DNA of 64,000 bases from a virus. Below, one piece after another: positions 9,944 to 18,968 of this stretch (position 1 is the first letter of the stretch; each line of letters starts with the position of its first letter). Below the pieces are notes generated by a model. The model was given only the letters and a program-made list of their open reading frames with translations, was not told the origin of the DNA and did not search any database. The stretch lies in IMG/VR virus record IMGVR_UViG_3300021180_000008, positions 1 to 64,000 of that record; one strand, given 5' to 3'. The translations under genes were made by a program, and so were the position numbers.

Positions 9944-10139
9944 GAAATCATCTTGTATTGATCATGCTGAATATGATACAGAAAATCGTGTATTAACAAT
10001 CAGATATAACTCTGGTTCTGTATATGATTATGCTAATGTACCTATGTCTATAGTTACTGACTTGTTAAATGCAGAGTCAAGAGGCAAGTTTGTACATGCT
10101 AAGATACAGGGTTTCTATGATTATACCAAAAGAGGTTAA
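9894..10139 (+). CDS. KTSC domain protein
   Basis: SSCIDHAEYD...LTIRYNSGSVYDYANVP...LLNAESRGKF is the KTSC signature; start MSTTD after AAGGA. Confidence 0.85.
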   Translation: MSTTDQHSQSTITAPDKKSSCIDHAEYDTENRVLTIRYNSGSVYDYANVPMSIVTDLLNAESRGKFVHAKIQGFYDYTKRG

Positions 10140-10166
10140 CAAGGTAATGTGAATTCATTATCTAAA

Positions 10167-10242
10167 GGACGAAACAATAAGGCATCTGAGTTATCAGTCT
10201 AAGTCCTTATCGTCGTATGGTTACGCCATACCTGATGAGTCC
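10167..10242 (+). ncRNA. Hammerhead ribozyme, type II
   Basis: GGAC-GAAA-C..stem III (ataagg/ccttat)..GUC-stem I (gtatgg/ccatac)-CUGAUGA-GUCC; full catalytic core; predicted cleavage after C10214. Confidence 0.9.
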
Positions 10243-10275
10243 AGCGGTCACTCAAGGGTTACTATCATCGTTGCG

Positions 10276-10674
10276 TTGCGTCATGGGGCTATAATGAAAC
10301 GTATCTTAATCAACAACACATTCGTACACGACCTAGGTCATAACTATGTAATGCTTAAATGTAAAACCCAACAGGGTAGGCGCTTATGCTACATATACCA
10401 AGGCAAGCTAGAGCTAGTGGAAGATCATGTACACTATACCACCCAATCAATCACCTCTCGTAAGAATGAATTGGTCAGATGGTTTGGTGCTGGTAATAGA
10501 CCGTACTTCCCTATCCTTATGCATGACTTAAAGAATGATGAGTCACCTGACCATCAACTCAATAGAAAAGAATACATGCGTATGCTTGCCAATGCACGTA
10601 AAGCTAGATACAGGGAACGTAAACGTAAACAAGCAGGGGAGACTAGGGATGCTGGATACAGAAGAGCAGCGTAG
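10276..10674 (+). CDS. Hypothetical protein
   Basis: ORF; likely start 10294 (MKRILI). Confidence 0.5.
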   Translation: MRHGAIMKRILINNTFVHDLGHNYVMLKCKTQQGRRLCYIYQGKLELVEDHVHYTTQSITSRKNELVRWFGAGNRPYFPILMHDLKNDESPDHQLNRKEYMRMLANARKARYRERKRKQAGETRDAGYRRAA

Positions 10675-11158
10675 ACTTGAAGCAGAGAGCGAATGTTTTC
10701 GCAGCGCACCGGAGCGTAGCGAGGAGCAAGAACAAGTATGCTTTAGGGAGATGAATAATGTTGAGCAAGTATCAGATGAATTGTTAATACGCAGAGCGAG
10801 GTTAAAACAAGATGGGGTATCTCAAAACTATAAAGATAGGTCTGATCAGGAAGCTGAAGGGACAGCCGAGGGAATACGTAGTAATGATGGGGAATGGCAA
10901 GAAGCTTCGGATGGTAGGGAACCGCCTAACCTGGATGAAGACCTCATTGTACTTCAAGAAGCAATCGTTAAAAAGGACATTGCTAAAGTTCGTGAACTTA
11001 CCCGTCTACATGGTTATGGTATATTGGTACAGCCTAATAGATTTGGTAACGCTGCTATGCGGCTTGCAATGGACCACTCAACCAAAGAGATACAGCAATA
11101 TATCTTTGAAGCAATCAGAGAGAACTCCCATTATAGGAACAAAGTCAGAGGACATTAG
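10649..11158 (+). CDS. Hypothetical protein with acidic N-terminus and ankyrin-like C-terminal repeat
   Basis: LQEAIVKKDIAKVRELTRLHG...NRFGNAAMRLA...EIQQYI resembles the ankyrin pattern; GGGGAG SD before 10649. Confidence 0.45.
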   Translation: MLDTEEQRRLEAESECFRSAPERSEEQEQVCFREMNNVEQVSDELLIRRARLKQDGVSQNYKDRSDQEAEGTAEGIRSNDGEWQEASDGREPPNLDEDLIVLQEAIVKKDIAKVRELTRLHGYGILVQPNRFGNAAMRLAMDHSTKEIQQYIFEAIRENSHYRNKVRGH

Positions 11159-11159
11159 T

Positions 11160-11405
11160 ATGCATAAGAATGCACCCTCATACAATCAATACATACAGGA
11201 TATGATTGATCAAGAGCTGGGCTATGATGCTATGTATACCCCTTATAGTCAAAGGGCTGGATATGAAGCACCTTGGCCTAGGTCTAATTCAGATAGGGCA
11301 TTCTTAGAAGACTTCTTAGATGATGAACCTAAAGCTACATTAGCGCCAGCTAAACCTGCACCTAAAGCACCAGTAAACGATCCTGACCTAAAGGATGTAT
11401 TGTAA
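11160..11405 (+). CDS. Hypothetical protein
   Basis: 3' part of track ORF 10812..11405; GAGGA SD before MHKNAP. Confidence 0.5.
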   Translation: MHKNAPSYNQYIQDMIDQELGYDAMYTPYSQRAGYEAPWPRSNSDRAFLEDFLDDEPKATLAPAKPAPKAPVNDPDLKDVL

Positions 11406-11517
11406 TAATATTATATCATAGAGGTTAATATGATAACTATATTATCTTGGCTAAAGCTTTATAATATCAATGATAAGGATGAGCATGAGTCCTTATACAT
11501 AGGAGGATGTTACTATC

Positions 11518-11850
11518 ATGAAGCGTTTTTCACGGTCACAAGAGTTTCACAACGTTGAGTCAGATGATATGGATATGCCTAAGATGGTTACACCTATCCC
11601 AATAGACCATAAGCGAGAAGCATTAGTATTAGAACAATTGACTAGTATGCTTATTCCTATACCACTAGGTAAATTTCCTAATCAATATGCTAATGCCTTA
11701 AAACGTCTAGCATACTTCTATGACTTAAGAACAATAGTAATACAGAACCTTAAAGATAATGGTAATGATGAAGAAGCTATTAATCTTAATGATACTGTTA
11801 TTAATATTAATATTCTTATTCAAGAGTACCATAAGAATACAGATATATAA
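11518..11850 (+). CDS. Hypothetical protein
   Basis: AGGAGG SD; 110-aa ORF. Confidence 0.55.
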   Translation: MKRFSRSQEFHNVESDDMDMPKMVTPIPIDHKREALVLEQLTSMLIPIPLGKFPNQYANALKRLAYFYDLRTIVIQNLKDNGNDEEAINLNDTVININILIQEYHKNTDI

Positions 11851-11945
11851 AGTTAAGGTAGCCTTAGAATCAAGCTTACGAATTGATATGTTAAGTTCTC
11901 TTGTTTAAGAAACTAAACTATATAAGTAATTCTTAATACTTATTA

Positions 11946-11974
11946 AGTATATCATAGATTCGAATCAAAGTCAA
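11946..11974 (-). promoter_or_regulatory. Antisense sigma70-like promoter TTGACT-17-TATACT (extended -10)
   Basis: Near-consensus hexamers on the minus strand, facing an AT-rich tract. Confidence 0.5.
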
Positions 11975-12091
11975 TAGGGTATAATGTATAAGAATATCAA
12001 TATCTTATATGTGATGCCCTTAGTTCTCTTCGCAGCTACGCTGCACCTAACCCCGTCGCGTTTCACCCCTTCCCTAATTACTGAGGTTTTG

Positions 12092-12436
12092 ATGAAGCTA
12101 TTCATTGATGATGTAAGACTACCGTCACAAGTAGGTTTTAATAATGAAGAGTGGGTAATAGCCAGAAACTATGATGAGGCCATAAAGATAATTGAAGAGC
12201 ATAAGCCACAGCGTATCGCATTTGATCATGATCTTGCTGAGTGTCACTACCAAGGCACCCAAGGAAATGAGAAGACGGGTTATGATATTGCTCTGTATCT
12301 AATAGAAAAAGATAATGAGACTGGTGATTATATAACAGCTGTATTTAACTATACAGTTCACAGTATGAATCCCGATGGAGCCCGTCGAATTAGGCAGGCC
12401 TTACATTCACATATGCGTAGGAAATTATTCCAATGA
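12092..12436 (+). CDS. Cyclic-phosphate-processing receiver-like domain protein
   Basis: MKLFIDDVR, WVIARNYDEA, IAFDHDL, KTGYD, HSMNP motifs; GAGG SD before 12092. Confidence 0.8.
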   Translation: MKLFIDDVRLPSQVGFNNEEWVIARNYDEAIKIIEEHKPQRIAFDHDLAECHYQGTQGNEKTGYDIALYLIEKDNETGDYITAVFNYTVHSMNPDGARRIRQALHSHMRRKLFQ

Positions 12437-12690
12437 ATCTTAAAGACCTAGATAGAGTAACACAACTTAGCAAGTCAATCAAAGGATTACAGAACTCTAT
12501 GGATATTATAACCAGAGGCAGTTCTGTCAGGGATATAATGATCACTGCTAATGTTATAACCAATAACAATCAACCACCTATGAAGCTAACAGTTCCTATT
12601 GATCTTACAGGGGCTGTGTTGCTTGAGAATATCAGTACTAGGGTTGAGGCTTTAAAGACTGAACTAAAGGAACTTGGCGTAGAGGTTTAG
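12433..12690 (+). CDS. Hypothetical protein
   Basis: ATGA-coupled ORF. Confidence 0.5.
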   Translation: MNLKDLDRVTQLSKSIKGLQNSMDIITRGSSVRDIMITANVITNNNQPPMKLTVPIDLTGAVLLENISTRVEALKTELKELGVEV

Positions 12691-12691
12691 T

Positions 12692-12928
12692 ATGTGTGAA
12701 AGATTAACAATACAACAACAAAGGGGTAATACAATGACTAATAACAAGAAGCTTGCTACACTGGCTATTATTGATGCTGCTGCAAAGAAACTGCCTCAGA
12801 TACACGTAAGCCATAAGCCTCTGACCGCAACCATCGGTGAGATACTATCATCGGGCAATGCGAAACAACGGCTGGCCGCTACTATTATGAAGATCAGGGC
12901 TGAAGATCCCAGACCAGAGGTGGCGTAA
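12692..12928 (+). CDS. Hypothetical protein
   Basis: ORF in early gene run. Confidence 0.4.
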   Translation: MCERLTIQQQRGNTMTNNKKLATLAIIDAAAKKLPQIHVSHKPLTATIGEILSSGNAKQRLAATIMKIRAEDPRPEVA

Positions 12929-12931
12929 CAC

Positions 12932-13114
12932 ATGTGGTTTTATGGTGGCATGGCTATACTTACTGTACTATGCTTAACGTTTGTACACCCGACCAAGTGT
13001 ACCAAAGAAATACCGTTTAGTGCGGGTAACTCTACGTTAGGTGTTGAGGGGACGTATTGTGCTCAAGAACAAGAACTTCCATCTAGGTGGGATAAGTGGG
13101 TAGGTAATAAATGA
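12932..13114 (+). CDS. Small membrane/secreted protein
   Basis: Hydrophobic N-terminus; GAGG SD. Confidence 0.45.
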   Translation: MWFYGGMAILTVLCLTFVHPTKCTKEIPFSAGNSTLGVEGTYCAQEQELPSRWDKWVGNK

Positions 13115-13317
13115 AGATAAAGGAAATCCATAAACCAACCAATCTTGAATTTTCTGAAATTCATATGGGTGATGTATTTCGCTATAAAGATGTACTTTAT
13201 ATGAAGATACCAGCAGTGGATAGTCGTAATTGTGTAACTTTAGATCGTGGTATACTGGCTAAGTTCAGCCCAGAAACATTTGTTGAACTGGTCAATGGCT
13301 CGTTTGTGGAGGAATAA
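13111..13317 (+). CDS. Hypothetical protein (paralog of 13759..13999)
   Basis: FSEIHMGDVF...YMKI...NCVTL pattern shared with the downstream ORF. Confidence 0.55.
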   Translation: MKIKEIHKPTNLEFSEIHMGDVFRYKDVLYMKIPAVDSRNCVTLDRGILAKFSPETFVELVNGSFVEE

Positions 13318-13321
13318 TACT

Positions 13322-13639
13322 ATGAAATATCAACTATTATCATTGGCTATATTACTGTGTCTAGCAGCCTGTGATCAACCACATAGACCAACACCTATGT
13401 TCTATAATGGTGAAAGAGTTATAACTAAAGTAGGTCACCTAGACGCTATGGTTATTAATTCTGATTGCTGGGATGGAGACGATGTCTGTAGCTATGATAT
13501 ACGCATGTATAAGAGTGAATCAGCTACTAATACACACATAACTTCTGATGATGGATACATAGCTGCTGATCAGTTTGCTATTGTACATGTCAGAGAATTT
13601 GAGATAGAGAAAGTTAAGATACTAGGAGTAAAACGATGA
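13322..13639 (+). CDS. Putative lipoprotein
   Basis: MKYQLLSLAILLCLAAC lipobox; GGAGG SD. Confidence 0.6.
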   Translation: MKYQLLSLAILLCLAACDQPHRPTPMFYNGERVITKVGHLDAMVINSDCWDGDDVCSYDIRMYKSESATNTHITSDDGYIAADQFAIVHVREFEIEKVKILGVKR

Positions 13640-13758
13640 AAGACTTCTTCTGTTTTATATTTGGATTGGCTTTTGCTATCTTCATATTAATCAGTATTAT
13701 ATTCTTGACTATAGATTTCTGGTCTTGGATTGGCTTACCTATTCCACATAGAGGTTAA

Positions 13759-13999
13759 TATGATCATACAATTTCCTAAGCACAACATAACAAGACCATT
13801 TAGTATGGTTGCGGTTGGAGATGTCTTTGAGGTCGATGGGGTTCACAACACCTTCTATCTGCGTATCCATGAGAAAGAATCCAGGGATGGTATACCTATG
13901 AATGCGGTAAATCTTTCACTAAACAAGACCTCTAATTTAAACAATGAAGCAGTATGTCGTGTATTAAAAGCCCGAGTAATAATTGGAGATGATGAATGA
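13759..13999 (+). CDS. Hypothetical protein (paralog of 13111..13317)
   Basis: FSMVAVGDVF...YLRI...NAVNL; GAGG SD. Confidence 0.55.
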
Positions 14000-14220
14000 C
14001 TATTAAACCAAAACCAGATGATAACTTCGGAGCTACAGCTACTCAAGCTATGAAAGAAGCTTTCTGTAAAGCTTGTAAGAAGGGTGTCCAAACACCACAC
14101 GCATGTCCTAACAATGGAGCTGCTGCGGATATCGTTAAGGCTGAGGACTTAGGTCCACGTCGTAAGGGCGAGAGCTGTAGGGATTGGTTGGAGCGTGTAT
14201 CTGAACCATTGGGTGCCTAG
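13996..14220 (+). CDS. Small Cys-rich hypothetical protein
   Basis: CKAC..H.C motif; ATGA coupling. Confidence 0.45.
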   Translation: MTIKPKPDDNFGATATQAMKEAFCKACKKGVQTPHACPNNGAAADIVKAEDLGPRRKGESCRDWLERVSEPLGA

Positions 14221-14281
14221 TATGATGTATAGTATCTGGAACTATAATAATATACCGTACGTAAAGAAAGTTACCAATAAC

Positions 14282-14509
14282 ATGAAGATTAAGACTTCCA
14301 CTAAGTTCATGGTCGCCGCCTTAACTGCTTGTGTATCTCCGTTTGTAACTTGGCGTATTTATCATTGGTATTACACTAGACTAGATGAACTAGGTAAAGC
14401 CATTGGCTGGAATGACAACGCTATAGGTTTAATGGAGTTTCTGACTTCCATTATAATTATCGCTTGTATAGTTATAGGTATATTACTGAAGGTTGTAGAC
14501 AATGACTAG
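14282..14509 (+). CDS. Small two-TM membrane protein
   Basis: Two hydrophobic segments in track ORF 14195..14509. Confidence 0.45.
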   Translation: MKIKTSTKFMVAALTACVSPFVTWRIYHWYYTRLDELGKAIGWNDNAIGLMEFLTSIIIIACIVIGILLKVVDND

Positions 14510-14927
14510 ACACTACACCTCATTAGGTGATCTATTAATGTTAGCAAAAGGGAGATCTACTATCATGCCGTTATCAGCCAAAGCTAAAGAAGTAGCTACT
14601 AAAAACAATATCATTAATACTATTGCCTATAATCTAGTAGAGATGATTGAAGATGGTGTTGTTAAGCTCGCAGATGTACAGAACGTCGTGGCTTTGTTTG
14701 AGTTTAAAACAGAGCTTCTTCTTAGAGTTAAAGAAGAGCTGACTGAAACTCAAATAGAGAACAGTATAGATCTTGAAGACGACGATGCTGACCTGCGTGA
14801 GCTTCCTGACGTAGAGGATGATCCTTTTGAATTGTCTGAAATCCAAGAGCATATCGAAGATACTGCAACTCAAGATCCATTCGATATACCACCTGCAAAT
14901 GCTATTGAGGATGATATCGGTGAATAA
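14502..14927 (+). CDS. Hypothetical protein with highly acidic C-terminus
   Basis: Asp/Glu-rich tail; likely start 14565 after GGGAG. Confidence 0.55.
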   Translation: MTRHYTSLGDLLMLAKGRSTIMPLSAKAKEVATKNNIINTIAYNLVEMIEDGVVKLADVQNVVALFEFKTELLLRVKEELTETQIENSIDLEDDDADLRELPDVEDDPFELSEIQEHIEDTATQDPFDIPPANAIEDDIGE

Positions 14928-14933
14928 TTCAGT

Positions 14934-15040
14934 TCAGTCTATGGTGTTAGTGCCACGAAGCACAAGTAGCTACTATGGTTAGTGTATCAGGCTTGTTCGA
15001 TTCAAGGCTTGAGGCTATGTTCGTTAGCACCATAGACTGA
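14934..15040 (+). ncRNA. Candidate stem-closed RNA containing a tRNA-like T-loop
   Basis: 14934-14952 pairs with 15022-15040; internal cttg-TTCGATT-caag hairpin and tact-ATGGTT-agtg D-loop-like hairpin. Confidence 0.55.
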
Positions 15041-15057
15041 TTCAATTAAGGAGCCAC

Positions 15058-15444
15058 ATGAAAGAAGAGACAGTAGAAGATCTAAAATCTCAGATATGTA
15101 CATTACAAAATAGACTGTATACAAAGCTAGATGCTGAAGCTGAACAGGAAGTACTAGCTAGTCTGGGTAAATTCTATTTAAAGCGCAAGCATGACGATTC
15201 TATAGACTATATCTATGTACACAAAGCTAGACATATAGCAACATCAAAGCTAATGATCGATTCTTTTACTGTTGTGCCTAGGCCTAGTCAATATCGTTTA
15301 GCTCTATGTTGCAATAGATGGGTTGAGGTTAGTGCTGACCGACTAGTTGGTTATACAGAATGCTCTAAAGAAATCTTTATAGATGCTTGGCAAGAAGCTA
15401 CAGCGGAAGAATATAATAGATACAGATTATACGGTACGACTTGA
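15058..15444 (+). CDS. Hypothetical protein
   Basis: TAAGGAG SD. Confidence 0.6.
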   Translation: MKEETVEDLKSQICTLQNRLYTKLDAEAEQEVLASLGKFYLKRKHDDSIDYIYVHKARHIATSKLMIDSFTVVPRPSQYRLALCCNRWVEVSADRLVGYTECSKEIFIDAWQEATAEEYNRYRLYGTT

Positions 15445-15877
15445 AGATGCTTAACTGATCGAGCCATTCCTCGACAATAGCATGGGTAGTCACATGTCAA
15501 TCCCTGTGTGAGTCGGAGTTCCTAGCCAGGAATAGTGCGAAGTCTTATTGCATTAAGCGCAGAATATCAGAAGATCCTCTTTAGGCCCCGTATCATACCC
15601 AGCCTAAATAAGTCCACGCGGTTGAAAGCCCGAGGCTGGGTAAGTCATTCAAAGAAAGGCTATACAATGGAAGATGAAGAAGTTCCGGTTAACCAAGATG
15701 ATCCTTGGGATAATGAACATGATCAGGCGGTGTCATGAGTGACAAAGACTTTCCATTAAGTCATTATCAAGAGACTAAGTGTAAAGCCTGTGACTCATGT
15801 TATAGATACAGACTAGACAATAAGTGTATCTATGGCGGTCCATTTCGTTTTGTAGATAGTGAAGGAAAGAAAATAGA

Positions 15878-16624
15878 ATGTCCTGTAAACTCTTAGACGG
15901 TAGATTTGAATCTAAAGTATGGGCTGGTGGTGAGGTTCATGTCAGAGTACTAGAGCACGAAGGCATTCAAGCTTTAGTAACAGCTATCTTACACAACTCT
16001 CAAGACATAATGGAAATGCTTCTGTTGTGTGACGCACTTAAAGCTTTAGGTAAAGAGATATGGCTAACCATTCCCTACCTTCCCTATGCTAGACAAGACA
16101 GGCGTTGTAAGATTGGTGAAGCTTTTAGCTTAAAGCTTATGGCTGATCTGATTAACTCCATTGAAGCTAACACTGTATCGCTCTACGATGTTCATTCTAT
16201 TGTAGCACAAGCATTGATTTATAACTGTAGTAATCATACAGCCCATGATCTTATAGGTGACTCAGATATCTATAAAGATAAACTACTAGTATGCCCCGAT
16301 GCTGGTGCAGAGAAGCGTGTACTAGAATTCCAGAAGCCCTATATCATGGCTACTAAGGTACGTGACCCCCTTACTGGTGACATCATCGACACCAGAGTTC
16401 AGACCACAGACCTAGCTGGTAAAGACTGCATAGTAATAGATGATATCTGCGATGGTGGTAGAACATTCATAGCCCTTGCTAAAGCCTTACAAGAAAAGAA
16501 CTGTGGTGAGCTTAGCCTATATGTTACACATGGTATCTTTAGTCAAGGCTCAGAGAACTTAAAGAAGTATTATAAACATATCTATTGTTACGATTATGAG
16601 AAAGGGACTATCCGATGTATGTAA
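15878..16624 (+). CDS. Ribose-phosphate pyrophosphokinase-like protein; probable NARP1 ADPR-PP synthetase
   Basis: GEVHVR, PYLPYARQDR, DVHS, CPDAGA, VIDDICDGGRTF, YVTHGIFS; paired with an NAMPT-like gene. Confidence 0.9.
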   Translation: MSCKLLDGRFESKVWAGGEVHVRVLEHEGIQALVTAILHNSQDIMEMLLLCDALKALGKEIWLTIPYLPYARQDRRCKIGEAFSLKLMADLINSIEANTVSLYDVHSIVAQALIYNCSNHTAHDLIGDSDIYKDKLLVCPDAGAEKRVLEFQKPYIMATKVRDPLTGDIIDTRVQTTDLAGKDCIVIDDICDGGRTFIALAKALQEKNCGELSLYVTHGIFSQGSENLKKYYKHIYCYDYEKGTIRCM

Positions 16625-18075
16625 ATCCACTCACCAGTATTGACTTCTACAAAGCCGATCACCGTAGGCAATACCCTAAAGGCACAAGTCTGGTGTATAG
16701 TAACTTTACACCTAGGTCTAATAAGCTTAGCAACTTACCAAATAACAATGATCATATTGTATTCTTTGGTTTGCAATACTTTATTAAGTATTTCCTTGAA
16801 GATTGTTTCGCACAAGGCTTCTTTTCTCAAGCTAAGAAGGATGTGGTCAAGGCCTACAAGCGTAGGATGGACAATGCCTTGGGTAAGGACGCTATTCCAG
16901 TAGATCATATCGAAGCTCTACATGACCTAGGCTACCTGCCTATTGAGATAAGGGCATTGCCTGAGGGCTCTAAGGTTGATATGCGAGTACCTTGTGTAAC
17001 AATCCATAACACTAAGCCAGAGTTCTATTGGTTGGTTAATTACCTAGAGACCATACTCTCAAGCTTCCTTTGGAAGTCATGTGTCTCTGCGACTACAGCA
17101 GCATGGTATAGGAATTTGTTTGATAAGTATTGTAAAGAGACTGGTGGGGATAATACCTTTGTCCCTTTCCAAGGCCATGACTTTTCATTCAGGGGTATGA
17201 GCGGGGTTCAGGATGCAGCACTGTCGGGAGCAGGGCATCTACTATCATTTGTTGGCACGGATACTGTACCAGCCATAGACTTTATGGAACAGTATTATAA
17301 TGCTAACTCTGACCAGATGCTGGTGGGATGTAGTGTTCCGGCAACTGAGCATAGTGTTATGTGTATGGGAAGTGAGAAAGGCGAATATGAAACATTTAAA
17401 AGGCTTGTTACTGAACTTTATCCAAAGGGAATCGTATCTATCGTATCTGATACTTGGGATTTCTGGAACGTACTTACTGATTACCTTCCTAAACTAAAAG
17501 AAGTAATCATGGCTAGGGAAGGTAAGGTAGTGATCAGACCTGACTCAGGCGATCCAGTTAAAATCATTTGTGGCGATCCTGATGCTATGAAAGATACCCC
17601 TACGTATCATGGAGCTGTAGAGACATTATGGAGGACATTCGGTGGGACTGTTAACGCTAAAGGATTTAAGCTACTTGATCCTCATATTGGTATCATTTAC
17701 GGGGATAGCATTACTCCTGAAAGAGCAGAGACGATCTTGGCCAAGCTCAAAGAGAAGGGTTTTGCTTCGACTAATATCGTGTTTGGGATTGGTTCTTTTA
17801 CTTATAATTTCGTTACTAGGGATACTTACGGATTTGCAGTAAAGGCTACGTATGGTGAAGTCAATGGTGTGGGTAGAGACATCTTCAAACAACCAAAGAC
17901 TGACGATGGAACGAAGAATTCGGCTAGAGGTATTCTAGCTGTAAGGAAAGGGAAACTATATGATAAACAAAACTCACTTGACGTTGAGTCAGACCTTAAA
18001 ACTGTGTTTGTTGATGGTGTTCTCAAAGTCGACGAGAATTTATCAACTATTAGAAAACGCTTAAAAGGGGAATGA
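16615..18075 (+). CDS. Nicotinamide phosphoribosyltransferase-like protein; probable NARP1 nicotinamide ADPR-transferase
   Basis: DFYKADH, HDFSFRG, SVPATEHSVM, SIVSDTWD, IRPDSGDP, IYGDSIT, FGIGSFTY. Confidence 0.92.
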   Translation: MYVNPLTSIDFYKADHRRQYPKGTSLVYSNFTPRSNKLSNLPNNNDHIVFFGLQYFIKYFLEDCFAQGFFSQAKKDVVKAYKRRMDNALGKDAIPVDHIEALHDLGYLPIEIRALPEGSKVDMRVPCVTIHNTKPEFYWLVNYLETILSSFLWKSCVSATTAAWYRNLFDKYCKETGGDNTFVPFQGHDFSFRGMSGVQDAALSGAGHLLSFVGTDTVPAIDFMEQYYNANSDQMLVGCSVPATEHSVMCMGSEKGEYETFKRLVTELYPKGIVSIVSDTWDFWNVLTDYLPKLKEVIMAREGKVVIRPDSGDPVKIICGDPDAMKDTPTYHGAVETLWRTFGGTVNAKGFKLLDPHIGIIYGDSITPERAETILAKLKEKGFASTNIVFGIGSFTYNFVTRDTYGFAVKATYGEVNGVGRDIFKQPKTDDGTKNSARGILAVRKGKLYDKQNSLDVESDLKTVFVDGVLKVDENLSTIRKRLKGE

Positions 18076-18076
18076 T

Positions 18077-18424
18077 ATGAGATTCGCAAATGAGAATGGC
18101 TATTATGAACTCAACGACTTCCCCGGCAACCACCAAATAGTTGTCTCTAATCATGCTCATATTCACCCACATTTAAGAGGTAAAGGGCTAGGGCAGATAG
18201 AGCATCTGCAGCGTTTGCATAAAATGCGTGATCTAGGATACGATTACACCATTTGTACTGTAGCTAAAGACAATGAAGTTCAATCGCACATCCTGAATAA
18301 GATGGATTGGCGGGAGTTAGCTTCGTTCTGGGTTCCGTATACAGGAGAAATACTTCTTTATGGCAGACCTTTACTTTCAATTCCGAAAACAATAGCTGAT
18401 GTTAAACCAAGGAGCAGAACATGA
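18077..18424 (+). CDS. GNAT-like acetyltransferase
   Basis: IHPHLRGKGLG acetyl-CoA motif; N..Q..IL.K..W. Confidence 0.65.
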   Translation: MRFANENGYYELNDFPGNHQIVVSNHAHIHPHLRGKGLGQIEHLQRLHKMRDLGYDYTICTVAKDNEVQSHILNKMDWRELASFWVPYTGEILLYGRPLLSIPKTIADVKPRSRT

Positions 18425-18651
18425 CCGAGAAATCATTAAGAACTGAAGCAGAAGAGCAGCGTAAAGATGCTCTAAAAGAAGAGAAGCTGAAAGCTTTAGC
18501 GAAGCTCTTGGATAGAGAAGCAGCTGAAGACAAGCACTTCCAAATCTCTATGTCAGCTTTGAGAATATGTATGACTAAGGTAGAAGAAGCTGATACATTA
18601 GAGGAAGTTAAGACTCAGACTTCTCTTGCATTAGGTGGGAGGTCGTTCTAA
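18421..18651 (+). CDS. Hypothetical protein
   Basis: AAGGAG SD, coupled ORF. Confidence 0.5.
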   Translation: MTEKSLRTEAEEQRKDALKEEKLKALAKLLDREAAEDKHFQISMSALRICMTKVEEADTLEEVKTQTSLALGGRSF

Positions 18652-18968
18652 TGCCACAGGTTATTATAGGCTATACCCTATACAACAGTGCTACGCGCTC
18701 ATGGAAGACACCTAGTAACTGGTGGTCTAACAAAGGGCGTCATAAAGCACGTATCTTCAAGACTGAAGAAGCAGCACGAAGAGCTGTAGGATCGACTATT
18801 ACACCAGAGTACCAAGCTTATAATACTATGGTTGAAAGCCTTAGGCAATCAGCCAGAGCTAATGGAACTCCGTTCTCGTATCCTGCTATGTTCGAGGGTG
18901 CTAGATATGCGCCTAATACAGAACATGCAGTTATAACACCTGTATATATAGAAGAGGGAAGTCAATGA
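18651..18968 (+). CDS. Hypothetical protein
   Basis: GGGAGG SD, TAATG coupling. Confidence 0.5.
   Translation: MPQVIIGYTLYNSATRSWKTPSNWWSNKGRHKARIFKTEEAARRAVGSTITPEYQAYNTMVESLRQSARANGTPFSYPAMFEGARYAPNTEHAVITPVYIEEGSQ

Noticed and set aside
14960-15020. Canonical tRNA gene
   Set aside because: T-loop is present but there is no anticodon arm, 7-bp acceptor stem or CCA
15592-15650. Twister ribozyme (CGG-UUGAAAGC-CCG resembles P4/L4)
   Set aside because: The UAA cleavage strand, the GA junction and P1 do not fit; a simple 10-bp stem explains the sequence
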